From NCBI RefSeq assembly GCF_009914755.1, contig NC_060947.1: a stretch of DNA of 64,000 nucleotides; one strand, 5' to 3'. A model generated the notes under the pieces. That model was not told where the DNA came from and made no database searches. It worked only from the letters and a program-made list of their open reading frames with translations. This document shows positions 10,822 to 25,364 of this stretch, piece after piece (positions within the stretch are counted from its first letter, which is position 1; every line of letters starts with the position of its first letter). The stretch is from the human T2T-CHM13v2.0 reference genome, Homo sapiens. The position numbers were made by a program, and so were the translations under genes.

Positions 10822-13022
10822 TGTGTTTGATGGTTTTCACACTGCTGATAAATACATACCCAAGACTGGGTAATTTATAAAGAAAAAGAGGTTTAATGGA
10901 CTCAGAGTTCCATGTGGCTTGGGAGGCCTCACAATCATGGTAGAAGGTGAAAGGCACATCTTAAATGGTGGCAGACATGAGAGAATGAGAACCAAGTGAA
11001 AGGGGGAACCATTTATAAAAACATCAGCTCTCATGAGACTTATTCAATACCATGAGAACAGTATGGAGGAACCGCCCCTATGATTCAATTATTCCTACCA
11101 GGTTCCTTCCACAACACGTGCAAGTTATGGGAACTACAATTCAAGATGATATTTGGGTGGGGACACAGCCAAACCATATCATTCCACCTCTGGCCCCTTC
11201 AAAATTTTATGTCCTCACATTTCAAAATCAATTATGCCTTCCTAACAATCCCCCAAACTCTTAACTCATTTCAGTATTAACTCAAAAGTCCATAGTCCAA
11301 AGTCTTATCTGATATAAGGAAAGTCCCTTCCACCTATGAGCCTATAAAATCGAAAGCAAGTTAGTTACTTCCTAAATACAGTGGGGGTGCAGTCATTGGA
11401 CAAATACACCCATTCCAAATGGGAGAAATTGGCCAAAATGAAGGGACTAAAAGCCCCATGGAAGTTTGAAATCCAGTGGGTCATTCAAATTTTAAAGCTC
11501 CAAAATGATCCCTTTGACTCCATGTCTCACATCCAAGTCACACTGATGCAAGAGGTGGGTTCCTATGGTCTTAGGCAGCTCCACTCCTGTGGCTTTGTAG
11601 GGCACAGACCCCCTCCTGGCTTCTTTCAAAGGTTGGGGTTGAGTGTCTGTGGCTTTTTCAGGTGTACAGTGCAAGCTGTCAGTGGATCTACTATTCTGGG
11701 ATTTGGGGATGGTGGCCCTCTTCTTATAGTTCCACGAGGCAGTGTCCCATTGGGGACTCTGTGTCAGGGCTTCAACTCCACATTTTCCTTACATACTGCC
11801 CTAGCAGAGGCTTTCCATGAGGGCCCTGCACCTGCAACAAACTTCTGTCTGGACATCTAGGCATTTTCATAAATTCTCTGAAATCTAGGTGGAGATTCCC
11901 AAACCTCAATTCTTGACTCCTGTGTACCCACAGGGTTAACACCATGTGGCAGCTACCAAGGGATACAGCTTGCACTCTCTGAAGTCATGGCCCAAGCTGT
12001 ATCATAGCCCCTTTTAGCCATGGCTAGAGTGGCTGGTACTCAAGGCACCAAGTTCCTAGGCTGCACGAAGCAGGGGGACCTTGGATCTGGCCCACAAAGC
12101 CATTTTTCCCCTAAGCCTCTGGGCCTGTGACAGGTGGAGCTTCCACAATGTTCTCTGACATGCCCTGGAGATATTTTCCCAATTGTCTTGGTGATGAACA
12201 TTTGGCTCATCATTACTTATACAAATTTCTGCAGCCAGCTTGAATTTCTACACAAAAAATTGTTTTTTCTTTTCTAGCACATCGTCTGGCTGCAAATTTT
12301 CCAAACTTTTACGCTTTGTTTCAATTTTGGAACTGAATACTTTTAACAGCACCCAAGTCACCTCTTGATTGCTTTGCTGGTTAGAAATTTCCTCTGCCTA
12401 CCTTTACTACAATTCCCAAAAAGGTCCTGATCTCCATCTGAGACCACCTCAGTCTGGATTTTATTGTCCATATTATTATCAGTATTTTGGCCAAAGCCAT
12501 TCAACAAGTCTCTAAGAAGTACCAAACTTATCCACTTTTTCCTGTCTTCCTATGAGCCCTCCAAACTGTTCCAACCTCTGCATGTTACCCAGTTTCAAAG
12601 TTGCTTCCACATTTTTGGGTATCTTCACAGCAGCACCTCACTCCTGGTACCAATTTACTGTATTAGTCTGCTATCATGCTGCTGATAAAGACATACCCAA
12701 GACTAGGTAAATTATAAAGAAAAACAGGCTCAGTGGACTCACAGTTCCACATGGCTGCGACGGCCTCACAATCATGGTGGAGGGCAAAAGGCTCATGTTA
12801 CATGGTGGCAGGCAAGAGAGAATGAGGACCAAATAAAAAGGGTGAAATCCCTTATAAAAACATCAGCTCTCATGAGACTTATTCACTACCACAAGAATGG
12901 TATGGAGGAAACTGCCCCAATGATTCAATTATCTCCCACTGGTTCCTCCCCATAACACATGGAACTTATGGGAGCTACAATTCACGATGAGATTTGGGTG
13001 GGGACACAGCCAAACTATATCG
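10822..13022 (-). mobile_element. Two-LTR THE1 (MaLR) element: LTRs 10822-11181 and 12659-13022
   Basis: Paired LTRs, THE1-internal sequence and a PPT complement (ttccacctctggcccct) next to the left LTR. TSD GAAGA/GAAGG at 10817-10821 and 13023-13027. Confidence 0.93.
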
Positions 13023-13107
13023 GAAGGTTACAATAAGGTATTAAGGGTCTAATTGATATCACACTTATGGTATTTCAATTTTCCCTAGGGAAAAAAAAAT
13101 TATGCAA

Positions 13108-13225
13108 TAGGTAATATTATTCTCATTTTACAAATAAGGGATTTGAAGCTTAGAGAGATTTTGTAACTTGCTTTATTTCATATGACATTAGGCAGCAGAT
13201 TCAGAGTTTGAAGTCAATTGTGCCC
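13108..13225 (-). mobile_element. MIR fragment
   Basis: attattctcattttacaaataaggg..gaagcttagagagattttgtaacttgc is the antisense MIR core. Confidence 0.7.
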
Positions 13226-13279
13226 AACCCCAATCATGCTTAAAATCCTGGATTTTTTTTTTGGGGTTTTCCTTTTTTA

Positions 13280-13490
13280 GATTCATCTCATAAATTCACA
13301 TTCAACAAATCTTAGGAAATCTAGCTCAAAATAGCTTCTATATTTATGCCTCTGTCCCTATTTACATTGTGAGTTACTGCCAATTGCATATTCTAGGCCC
13401 TCATTATTTCTTACCTTCATTACAACAATGCCCTGCCAACTCCTTTATCTTTTGTAGTCTCTTTACATTTCCAATCACACTTTTTATGAT
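13280..13490 (+). mobile_element. L2 fragment
   Basis: ctaggccctcattatttcttacc..ttacaacaatgccctgccaact resembles L2. Confidence 0.45.
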
Positions 13491-14021
13491 AACTAACATA
13501 TTATAGAACACTCCACTATATATGTAAATGCACTGCTACAAGTTGCCAGAAAAGGAAAAGCAGAAGATAGCATCACATTTAGGGTTATTCATGAGCTTTT
13601 TATCCAGCTAACTGTCCAAATTATATATTTTTATTTGTGCTTTTTTTCAACCCATATCCAGCTACTTGCATGACTCCAAATGTGATTTTCCCCTTTTCAA
13701 TAATATATATTTGCTCATATATTTTTCTATTTTTAATGCCATTCTCTGTGTTAAAAACTGATACAATTCTAAAAATAGAGTCACGTATATATTGCCAGTT
13801 AATTTTATACAAAGTTAAGAGCAATTTCATGAAGAATGGACAGTCTTTTAACTAAGTTATGCTTGAAAAATTGGACAATCATATTCAATAAAAATAAAAC
13901 AATACAAAATGCAACCTATACAAAAGATGACTCATAATGTTTTATAAACCTATATACAACACTGCAAACTATACAACTTCAAGAATAAAATATAATAGAA
14001 AAACTTAGCCTCATTGGGTTA

Positions 14022-14070
14022 CATATATATATATATATACACATATATATATACATATATATATATAATA
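14022..14070. repeat. (TA)n-rich microsatellite
   Basis: Interrupted TA run. Confidence 0.9.
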
Positions 14071-14310
14071 TTTTACCAAAAGTACAGTCACAGAAGAATA
14101 ACACTAGATAAATTGGACATTATGCAAATTAAGAACTTCTGCTCTTCAAAATATACTGTTAAGGTAATGAAAAGAAAAATCACACTTTTTCTGGGAGAAA
14201 ATATTTTAAGACCATATATCTGATAAGAGACATATAACCAGAATGTATAAAGGACATTCAAATCTCAGTAATGTGTAAACAGCAATCCTTCAAAAAAGGA
14301 CAAAATATAT

Positions 14311-16501
14311 TTTATTAGTCTGTTCTCACACCACTAATAAAGGCATACCAGTGACAGGGTAATTTATAAAGGACAGAGGTTTAATAGACTCAGTTCCACA
14401 TGGCTGGAGAGGCCCTATAATCATGGCAGAAGGCAAATAAGAAGCAAAGGCACATCATTCATGGTGGCAGACAAGAGAATGTGTGCAGGAGAACTGCCCT
14501 TTATCAAACCATCAGAGCTCATGAAAATTATTCACTATCATGAAAACAGCATGGGAAAATGATGATTGCCTCCCAACTGGTTCCTCCCACAACATGTGGG
14601 GATTATGGGAGCTACAATTCAAAATGAGATTTGGATAGGGACAAAGCAAAACCATATCATTCCACACTTGGCTTCCCCCAAATCACATGTTCTCACATTC
14701 CAAAACCAATCTTGCCTTCCCAACAGTCTCCCAAAGTCTTAACTCATTTCAACATTAACTCAAAAGTCCAAAGTCTCATCTGAGAAAAGGCAAGTCCCTT
14801 CCACTTATAAGCCTGTAAAATCAAAAGCAAGATAGTTACTTCCTGGATATAATGTGGATACAGGCATTTGGTAAATACACCCATTCCAAATGGAAGAAAG
14901 TGACCAAAACAAAGGGTCTACAGGCCCCATGCGAGTCCAAAATCCGATAGGGCAGACATTAAACTGTAAAGGTCCAAAATGATCCCTTTGACTCCATGTC
15001 TCACATCCAGAGCACACTGATGCAAGAGGTAGGCTCCCACAGCCTTGGGCAGTTACACCCCTGTAACTTTGCAGGCTACAGCCCTCCTCCCAGCTGCTTT
15101 CATGTGCTGGCATTGAGTTTCTGCAGCTTTTCCAGGCACATAGTGCAAACTATTGGTGGATCCATCATTCTGGGGTCTGGAGGACAGTAGCCCTCTTCTC
15201 ATAGCTCCACTAGGCAGTGCCCCAGTGGGGACTCTGTGTGGGGCCTTCAACCCCACAGTTTTCATCTGCACTGCCCTAGCAGATGTTCTCCATGAGGGAC
15301 CCGTTTCTGCACCAAACTTCTGCCTGGACATCCAGGTGTTTCCACACATCCTCTGAAATCTAGGTGGAGGTTCCCAAAGCTCAAATTTTTATTTTTATGC
15401 ACCGGAACGCTCAACACCATGTGAAAACTGCCAAATCTTGGGGCTTGCATCCTCTGAAGCCACAGCCCAAGTGATACCTTGGACCCTTTTAGCCACCGTT
15501 GGAGCAACTGAGATGCAAGGCAACAGGCCCCTAGGATGCACACAGCAGGGTGGCCCTGGGCCTGGCCCTCAAAACAATTTTTCCCTCCTAGGCCTCCAGG
15601 CCTGTGATAGGAGGGATTGCCACGAAGGTCTCTGACATGACCTGCAGACATTTTCTCCATTGTCTTGGTGATCAACATTTTATGCTCCACTTTCTCTTCA
15701 ATGCTTTGCTGCTTAGAAATTTCTTGCACCAGATCCCCTAAGTTATCTCTCTCAAGTTCAAAGGTCCACAGATCTGTATGGTGGGGGCCAAATACCACCA
15801 GTCTCTTTGCATAGCAAAAGTGATCTTTACTCCAGTTTCCAACAAGTTCCTCATCTCCATCTGAGACCACCTCAGCCTGGACCTTATTGTCCATATCACT
15901 ATCAGCATTTTGGTCAAACCCATTCAACAAGTCTCTAGGAAGTTCAAACTTTCCCACATCTTCTTGTCTTATGAACTCTCCAAGTTTCTAGAAGTTCCAA
16001 ACTTTCCTAAATTTTCCTATCTTCTTCTGAGACCTCCAAACTGTTTCAACCTCTGCCTGTTGACCAGTTCCAAAGTTGCTTCCACATTTTAGGATATCTT
16101 TATAGCAGTATCCCACTCTCTGCTGTACCAATCTACTGTATCGGTCTGTTCTCATGCTGTTAATAAAGACATACCCAAGACTGGATAATTTATAAAGGAA
16201 AGAGGTTTAATGTACTCACAGTTTCACATGGCTAGGGAGGCCTCGCAATCATGGCAGAACACAAAAGGAGAAGCAAAGGCACATCTTATATGGTGGCAGG
16301 CAAGAGAGCATGTGCAGGGGAACTGCCCTTTATAAAACCACCAGATCTCATGAGACTTAGCCACTATCACAAGAACAGCACGGGAAAAATCCACCCCTGT
16401 GATTCAATTACCTTTCACTGGGTCCCTTCCATGACATGTGAGGATTATGGGGGCTACAAATCAGGATGAGATTTGGGTAGGGACACAGTGAAACTATATC
16501 A
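14311..16501 (-). mobile_element. Two-LTR THE1B-like element: LTRs 14311-14659 and 16137-16501
   Basis: Paired LTRs and internal region. TSD TATAT/CATAT at 14306-14310 and 16502-16506. ORF 15262..15957 carries the MaLR internal ORF remnant (DMDNKVQAEVVSDGDEELVGNWSK). Confidence 0.93.
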
Positions 16502-16836
16502 CATATGAAAGGACGCTTGACTAAATTAAATATACACATGGCTAATGAGAATGTGAAAAGATTAACCCCATTATTCATTATGGAAGGGAATGGAGAAAAA
16601 TATGAAATTTCTCCATGCACATATTATAATGGCAAAAACATTTTTTTAAATGACATACTAAGTGTTGATGAAGAGATAGAGCAACTGGAGCTCTCACATA
16701 TTGTTGGTAGGAAAGCAAGATTATATAGCTACTTGAGAAAACTGTTAAGTACCTAGTTAGAATGTTAATTATACACTTAAAATGTTACCTGGTAATCTTA
16801 CTGCTAGGTATTTTCCTGTGTGAAATAAGATCTTAA

Positions 16837-16838
<2 letters not shown>

Positions 16839-16880
<42 letters not shown>
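16839..16880. repeat. (AC)21 microsatellite
   Basis: Perfect AC run. Confidence 0.97.
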
Positions 16881-16886
<6 letters not shown>

Positions 16887-17471
16887 ACTGTAAAAGAATT
16901 TTTACAACTGCTATATTTATAATTTCCAGAAAACAGAAAGAACAAATTTCCTTGTAATGGGTTAATAAAGAAGCAGGCTACAGTACAACTATCTATATAA
17001 CATAATACTACTTGGCAATTACAAATGAATGAACTATGAATATACTCAAAAACATGGATGAATCTCAAATGTATTCTGTTAAGAAAAAATACATATAAGG
17101 GGTATATTACAAATAATTCCATTAATATGACATTCTTAAATAGACAAAATAATAGGGAGAAAAACCTGATGGGTGGTTGTCAGGGATTGGGAATAAGAAT
17201 TGATGACAAACAGCATAATGAAATGTTTTACAGTAATGGAACAAATCTATATCTTGATTTTCCTGATGGTTATATAATTGACTATATTTGTCAATCACAG
17301 AACTCTATACTGAAATTGTACTGCTTGTAAAATGCAATGCCTCTTCAACCCCACACCCTCCAAAAAATACAAAATGAAAGAAAACTCAAAACTCTACCTA
17401 AAAATCAGGCCAAGTTAAAGAAATAACATATCCTTCATACATCATTTTCCAATACCAGTAATTAAGTTTAA

Positions 17472-20400
17472 AAAAATTTTTTTTAAATGTATATGGGTAA
17501 ATAGTATGAGTATATGTATATAGGGTTCATGAGATGTTTTGATACAGATATGCAATGTAAAATAAGCACATTATGGAGAATGGGGTAAATATCCCCTCAA
17601 GCATTTATGAGTTACATACAATCCAATTACATTCTTTAAGTTATTCTAAAATATACAATTAGTATTGACTATAGTCATGCAAATGTGCTATCAAACAGTG
17701 GGTCTTATTTATTCTACGTTTTTGTACTCATTAGCCATCCTTACCTCCCTCTCAAACCCCTGCTACTCTTGCCAGACTATGGTAACTATCCTTTTACTTT
17801 CTATAACAATGAGCTCAATTGTTTTGATATTTAGAACCCATAAATAAGTGAAAACATGCAATGTTTGCCTTTCTGTACCTGGCTTATTTCGATTAATGTA
17901 ATGATCTCCATTTCCATTCATGTTGTTGCAAATGACTGGATTTTATCCTTTTTTATGGCTGAATAGTGCTCCATTATGTATATGTACCACATTTTCTTTA
18001 CTCATTCATCTGTTGATGGACACTTAGGTTGCTTCCAAGTCTTAGCTATTGCAAACATTGCTGCAACAAATATAGGAGTGTGGATATCTCTGATATATTG
18101 ATTTCCAATTTGGGGGCATATACTAAACAGTGCAACTACTGGATCATAAGGTAGCTCAATTTTTAGTTTTCTGAGAAACCTCCAAACTGTTCTCCATAAT
18201 GGGTGTAATAATTTAAATTTCCACCAACATTGTAGATGCCGTTTTCTCCACATCATTGCCAGCATTTGTTATTAACTGTCTTTTGCATATCAGCCATTTT
18301 AAATGGGGTGAGATGATAACTCATTGTAGTTTTGATTAGCACTTATTGGATGTGCAGTAATGTTGAACACCTTTTCATATGCCTGTTTGCCATTTGTATG
18401 TCTTTCTCTGAGAAAAGACTATTAAAATCTTTTGCCTATTTTTAAATCAGTTTATCAGATTTTTTCCTATAGAGTTGTTTGAGTTCCTTATATATTCTGG
18501 TTATTAATCCCTTGTCAGATGGGTAGTTTGCAAATATTTTCTCCTATTCTGTGGATTGTCTCTTCACTTAGTTAGTTGTTTTTTTTGCTGTGCAGAAGCT
18601 TTTCAATTTGATGTGATTCCATTTGTCCATGTTTGGTTTGCTTACCTGTGCTTGTAGAAATCTTTGCCCAGACCAATGTCCTGGAGACTTTCCGCAATAT
18701 TTCCTTGCAGGAGTTTCATAGTTTGAGATCTTATATTAGAGTCTTTAATCTATTTTGATTTAATTTTTATATAGTGAAAAATAAGGGCCTAGTTTTATTC
18801 TTTTATCTATGAATATCCAGTTTTCCCAGCACCATTTATTGATGAGATTATCTTTTCCCCTATGTATATTCTTGGCATCTTTGTCAAAAATGAATTCACT
18901 GTGGGTGTATAAATTTGTTTCTGTGTTCTCTATTCTGTTCCATTGGTCTATGTGTCTGTTTTTATATCAGTACCAAGTTGTTTTGGTTACTATAGCTCTG
19001 TAGTACCATTTGAAGTCAGGTAATGTAATTCCTCCAGTTTTGTCCTTTTTGCTTAGGACAGCTTTGGCTATACTGGGTCTTTTGTGGTTCCACATAAATT
19101 TTAACATTTTTTCTAATTCTGTGAAGAATGTCATTGGTATTTTGATAGGCATTGCATTGAATCTGCAGATTGCTTTGGTAATATGTATATTTTAATAATA
19201 TTGGTTTTTTAGTTCATTAGTATAGATGATTTTTTACTTTTTTGTTTCCTCTTCAATTTCTTTCATCATGGATTTATGGTTTTTGTTAAAAAGACCTTTC
19301 ACTTATTTTGTTAATTTCTAGGTATTTAATTTTATGTGTGGCTATTGCAAATGAAATTACTTTTTTATTCTTTTTTCACATTGTTCAATGTTGGCATATA
19401 GAAATGGTACTGATTTTTGTGTGTTGATTATGTGCCCTGCAACTTGACTGAATTTGTTTATCAGTTCTAATAGTTTTCTTGTGGAGCTGTTCAGTTTTTT
19501 CAAATATAAGATCATATCATTAGCAGGCAGGGATAATGTGACTTATTCTTTTCCAGTTTGAATGCCCTTTATTTCTTTCTCTTTTCTGATTGCTCTAGGT
19601 AGGAACTTCAGCACTATGTTGAATAACAGTGTTGACAATGGGCATCTTTGTCATGTTCCACATCTTACAGGAAAGGATTTCACTTTTTCCTCATTCAGTA
19701 TGATACTAGCTGTGGGTCTGTCATATATGGCATTTATTATGTTGAGATATGTCCCTTCTACACACGGTTTTTTAGGGTTTTTAATCATGAAGAGATATGA
19801 AATTTTATCAAATGTTTTTTAACATCAATTGAAATAATCATATGGATTTTGTCCTTCATTCTGTTTCTATGATGTATTACACTGATTGATTTGCCCCTGT
19901 TGGACCATCCTTGCATCCCAGGATTAAATCCCACTTGATCATAATGAATGATATTTCTAATGTATTGCTGAATTTGGTTTGCTAGTGTTTTGTTGAGGAT
20001 ATTTACATCAACATTCATCAGAGATATTGGCCTGTAGTTTATTTTTCTGATGTGTCTTTGTCTGGTTTTGGTATCAGAGAAATACTGGCCTCATAGAATA
20101 TGTTTGGAAGTATTCCCTTCTTCTCTATTTTTCAGAACAGTTTGGACAGGATTGGTTTTAGTTCTTCTTTAAATGTTTGGTAAAATTCATCAGTGAAGCC
20201 ATTATGTTCGAAGCTTTTTATTATGAGAAGACTTTTTATTATGGCTTTCATATCATTGCTTGTGATGTATTGGTCTATTCAGGTTTTGTATGTCTTCCTG
20301 GTTTAAGCTTGGTAGGTGGTATGCATCTAGGAATTTGTCCATTTCTTCTAGATTTTTCAATTGGAATATAGTTGCTCATAGTAGCTTCTAATAATCTTTG

Positions 20401-23400
20401 AATTTCTGCAGTGTCAGTTGTAATGTCTCCTTTTTAATTTCTGATTTTATTTATTTGGATCTCCTCTTTTTTTTCCTTAGTTAGTCTGGCTATAAGTTTG
20501 TCAGTTGTGTTTAACTTTTCAAAAAACCAACTTTTTGTTTCATTGATCTTTTCTATTTTTTATTTTAATTTCACTTATTTCTGCTCTGATCTTTATTATT
20601 TCTTTTCTCCTACTAATTTGGGATTTGGTTTGCTCTGGCTTTTCTATTTATTTAAGGAGTGTCATTAGAATATTTACTTGGAATTTTTCCTCCTTTTGAT
20701 GTAGACACTTTACCTATAAACTCCCCTCTTTGGTATTGTTTTTACTGTATCCCTTATCCCATATGTTGTGTTTTCATTATTATTTGTTTCAAGAAACTTT
20801 TCAATTTCCTTCTTAATTTCTTCATTGAATCACTGGTCATTCAGGAGCATATTGCTTAATTTTCATTACTTGTATAATTTCAAAAATTCCTCTTGTTATT
20901 AATATCTAGTTTTATTGTGGTCAAAGAAGATACTTAATGTTACTTCAATATTTATGAATGTATTAAGACTTGTTTTGTGGCTTAAGATATGGTCTATCTT
21001 AGAATTATACATGTGCTGAGGAGAAGAATGTGTATTATTCAGCTGTTCAATAAAATGTTCTGTAAATATCTATTAGGTCCATTTGTTCTGCAGTGCAGAT
21101 TTGTCACAAATTTCTTTGTTGATTTTCTGTCTAAAAGGTCTGCCAAATGCTGAAAGTGAGGTATTGAAGTCTCCAGCTGTTATTGTACTGAGGTCTATCT
21201 CTTTCTTTAGCTTTAATAATATTTTCTTTATATATCTTGGTGCTCCACTGTTGGGTCCATGTATATTTATAATTGTTATAGTCTCTTGCTGAATTGCCTT
21301 TATCATTACATAGTGATCTTCTTTGTATATTCTTAGAGTGTTTGTCTTAAAATCTTTTTTGTCTAATGTAAGTATAGCAACTCCTATTTTTTTTAGTTTC
21401 CTTTGGCATGGAATATTTTTTTCCATCCCTTTATTTTTAGTCTACTTTTGTCTTTCCATGTTAAGTGTGTTTCTTTTCGAACTGATCAATGGGTCTTTTT
21501 TTAAATTTATTCAGCCACTCTATGTCTTTTGATTGGAGAGTTTAGTCCATTTACATTTAATGTTATTATTAATAAGAAAGAACTTACTCCTACCATTTTG
21601 TTATTTGTTTCTGGATGTTTTGTGGTCTTCTCTTCCTTTCTTCTTTTATTCATGTCTTCCTCTAGTAAAGATATTAATGATATTCTCTGGTGATATGATT
21701 GACTTTCTTGCTTTTTATTTTTTGTGTATCTATTGTAGGTTTTTTTGGTTGGAGGTTACAAGGAGGCTTGCCAACACTATCTTATAACCCATTATTTTAA
21801 CCTGATAAAAACTTAACATTATTTGCATAAACAAACAAACAGAAAGCTAATAAAACATTACCTTAACTTTGTTGCCCTGATTTTTATCTTTTTGATGTTT
21901 TTATTTATACCTTATTGTAATGACTATGTCTTGAAAAGGTGCTGTAGTTATTATTTTTGATTGGTTCATTGTTCAGTCTTTCTAGTTAGCCTAAGAGTAG
22001 TTTACACACCACAGTTACAGACTTGTAATATGCTATACTTGTTTGTGTACCTACTATTACCAGGAAGTTTTGTAGCTTCAGATGATTATTTATTGCTAAT
22101 TAGTGATTTTTTTTCTTTCTGATCAAAGTACTCCCCTTAGCATTTCTTGTAGAATGTGTGTGGTGTTGACGAAATCTTTCAGATTTGTCTATCTGGGAAA
22201 ATATTTATTTTTCATGTTTCAAGAATATTTTCACCAGATATACTATTCTAAGATAGAATATTATTTTTTCTTTAACACTTTAAATATGTTATGTCACTCT
22301 CTCCTGGCCTTTGAGGTTTCCAATAAAAAAGTCAGCTGTCCTGCTGCCAGATTTGTTGGAGCTCCATTATATGTCATTTGTTTCTTTTCTCTTGCTGCTT
22401 TTAGGATCCTTGACCTTCAGGAGTCTATTACATTTCTTGAGGTAGTATTGTTTGTGTTAAATCTGCTTGGTGTTTTATGACCTTCTTGTACTTGGATATT
22501 GATATCTTTCTCTAGTTTTGGGACATTCTCTGTTATTATCTCTTTGAATAAACTTTCTACCCTACCTTTTTCTCTATCTCCACTTTAAGGCCAATAACTC
22601 TTAGATTTGCCTGTTTGAGGCACTTTTCTAGATTCTGTAGCGGTGCTTCATTTTTTATTTTGTTTGTTTTGTTCTTGTTTTGTCTCATCTGACTGTGTGT
22701 TTTCAAATAGCTGTCTTCAAGCTTAATAATTCTGTCTTCTGCTTCTTCCATCCTTCTATTAAGGACTCTGATGCATTCTTCAGTATGCCAATTACATTTT
22801 TTCAGCTACAGAATTTCTGCTTTTTTTAAAAAAATATTTGAATCTATTTGTTAAATGTATCTGATAGAAATCTGAATTCCTTCTCTGTGTTATGTTGAAT
22901 CCCTTTGAGTTTCCTTAACACAGTTATTTTGAATTCTTTTCTGAAAAGTCACATATATCTATTTCTCCAGGATTGTTCCCCAGTGCCTTATTTAGTTCAA
23001 TTGTTGCAGTCTTGTTTTCCTGGATGGTATTGATGCTAGTAGATGTTTCTTCGGTGTTTGGACATTGAGGAACTATTTCTTGTAGTCTTCACTGTCTGGG
23101 CTTACTTGTAGCCATCCTTCTTGGGAAGGCTTAAGTTATTTGAAAGAACTTGGATGTTTTTATCTAAGCTGTTTCTGCTTTGGGGGCATTCCAAGCTAAG
23201 TGATGCTGTGGTTCTTGCAGACCCATAGAGATGCTGCCTTGATCATCTTGGAACAGATCAGAAAGAATTCTCTGAATTATTAAGCAGAGACTCTTTTTCT
23301 TTTCCCTTACTTTCTCCCAAACATACAGAGTCTCTGCCTCTGTTGTGAGCCCCCAAAGCTGGGGGTGGAGTGACACAAGCACCCCTGTGCCCAACACCAC

Positions 23401-25064
23401 AATGACTGTGCTGGGTCTTGCCCAAGGCCAGCTGTAACCACTCCCTGGCTACTGCCTATGTTTGCTGAAGGCCCTGGGACTCTATAATCAGCAGGTGGCA
23501 AATCCATCCAAGCCTGTGTCTTTCCCTTCAGAGGTCCCCAAGACCCAGGTGAGTTCAGAAGTGCCATTTCAAAGTCAGGGTCTAGAGTCAAAAACCTTAG
23601 TAGTGTACCTGGTATTCTATTGTATTGCAGCTGAGGTGGCATTCAAACCACAAGATGCAGTTCTTCCCACTCTTTCCTCCCCTTTCCAAAGGCAGAGGAG
23701 CCTCACCCTGTATCCACTGCCACCTCTGATAAAGAGGAGTACTGACAGAGTACCACTGATGTTTTCTTAAGGCCCAAGGCCTCTTAAGTCAATTTGTGGT
23801 GACTGCCCGGCCTGGAGCTCACCCTTTAGGGAAGTGGGATGCCCTCTGTCCCGGGGAAAATCCAGAAATGCCATCTAAGAGTAAAGCTATAGAATCAGAG
23901 ACCCCAAGAGACTATTCAGTACTTCCTGTGGCATTGTTGGTTCCTAAGATGCAAGACAAAATTCCCTTTACTATTTTGTCTGCTTTCCTCAAGCAAAAGT
24001 TTTGCCCCATAGCCACCATAGCTGGTAATGTGCTGAGTCTCACCTGATGCCAGCAAATCTCAGAGGCTCACCAAGATGTTTGATATAGTACCTGGATATA
24101 GCTACTGGTTATTCAGGGCCCAAGGGCTCTTCAGTTATCCAGTGATAAATGCTGGCAGGACTGTGTTCTTTTTTCAAAGCAGTGGGTTCCCTTCTGCCCT
24201 GGGGTGTGTCTAGAAATGATACCTCTGAGCTAGGGCCTGGAATAGGGCCTCTTGATTCTTACTGGTGCCCTATCCTGCTGTGGCTGAGCTGGTGTCCAAG
24301 ATGCAAGACAAAGTCCTCCCCACTCTTCTCTCTGCTCTCCACATGCAGAAGGGAGGGATATCTTTTATAACCATGAGCTGTGTAGCCTGAGATTAGGGGA
24401 GGGGTGATGTCAGTCCTTCCTTGGCTGCCCCAGCTGGTGTCTCAGTATGTCACAATATTCCCCAGTCCACTGTCTCTGGGCCTAATTCAGCCCTAGGACT
24501 CATCTAAGAGTTGCAGTCCTTATGGCCTAGACTGTCTTTCAAATTTTCTTAGACACTGATAACACTTTGGCCCTTGGTGGTGAGGTTTGCAGGGTCTCAT
24601 GTTCAGACCACTAGGATTGGCAATTCTCCTCTTGCTAGGGCTGGTTTAAATGTCCCCTCTGTGGGTGGGCATTACTCTGAGGTTTTTTTTTTTGTTTCGT
24701 GGTTTTCATTTTTATTTATTTATTTAATTAATTAATTTATTTTTTTGCTGCAACAGGACAACATTCAGTTTAATTCCTCACATTTGCTGTGTAATCCCTC
24801 CCCCAGCACCAAGAGATGCTCTCTACACCAAGCTACAGCTGCTTGGTGTAAGAGTGCGATGACATTGGTGATTCAGGACTGTTTTTCTCTCCGTTCAGTG
24901 CCTCATTCAGTGATATGAACTTAAAACCAAGTACTGTGAGTGCTTACCTGATTTTTGGTTCTTATTAAGGTGTTTTTTCTGCGTAAATAGTTGTTAACTT
25001 GGTGTCCCTGCAAGGGGGACAATTGCTGGAGGTTTCTATTTTGCCATCTTGATCCCAATCTCCT
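17472..25064 (-). mobile_element. Full-length ~7.6-kb L1MA1-3-like LINE-1 (inactive)
   Basis: L1MA-type 3'UTR on the left. ORF2 remnants 18002-21426 with start codon at 21596, ORF1 coiled-coil remnant 22557..22751, and a long 5'UTR whose 5' terminus reads GGAGATTGGGATCAAGATGGC on the minus strand. TSD TAATTAA(G/T)TTTAA at 17459-17471 and 25065-25077. Confidence 0.92.
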
Positions 25065-25204
25065 TAATTAATTTTAATTTAATTCCCCCTTCTGGCTTCT
25101 TAGCAATTTTTCTATACTTTTAGTGCCCCAAGGTGTTCTTTTTTTTTTTTGTACAAGAAATATGTCACACCTTTGTCATCAATTTATCCATCTTTTCCTC
25201 ATCA

Positions 25205-25360
25205 AAATAAACATTTGTTTAGTGCCCACTCTGCCTCATACTGTATGATAACTTCTTGACATACAGTGATACGCAAGAGCAGCAGGTCCATTTTATTTTA
25301 TAGAGCTTATATTCCAATAAAATAAACAAAAAATAAATGAGCAACAAATGAATAAATAGG
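25205..25360 (-). mobile_element. L2 3'-end fragment
   Basis: aaacatttgtttagtgcccactctgcc..atacagtgatacgcaagag..tagagcttatattcca. Confidence 0.55.
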
Positions 25361-25364
25361 ATAA

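Larger units (their letters stand above)
13770..17330 (+). mobile_element. Old L1 (L1MC/MD-like) ORF2 3' end and 3'UTR, split by the THE1 at 14311-16501
   Basis: aaattaagaacttctgctcttcaaaa, catatatctgataag, then after the THE1 gagcaactggagctctcacatattgttggtagg and acatggatgaatctcaaa. Confidence 0.75.

Noticed and set aside
15262-15957. Longest ORF (231 aa) and similar ORF 31095..31556
   Set aside because: These are remnants of the THE1/MaLR internal reading frame in decayed elements, shifting into non-conserved sequence. They are not host genes.
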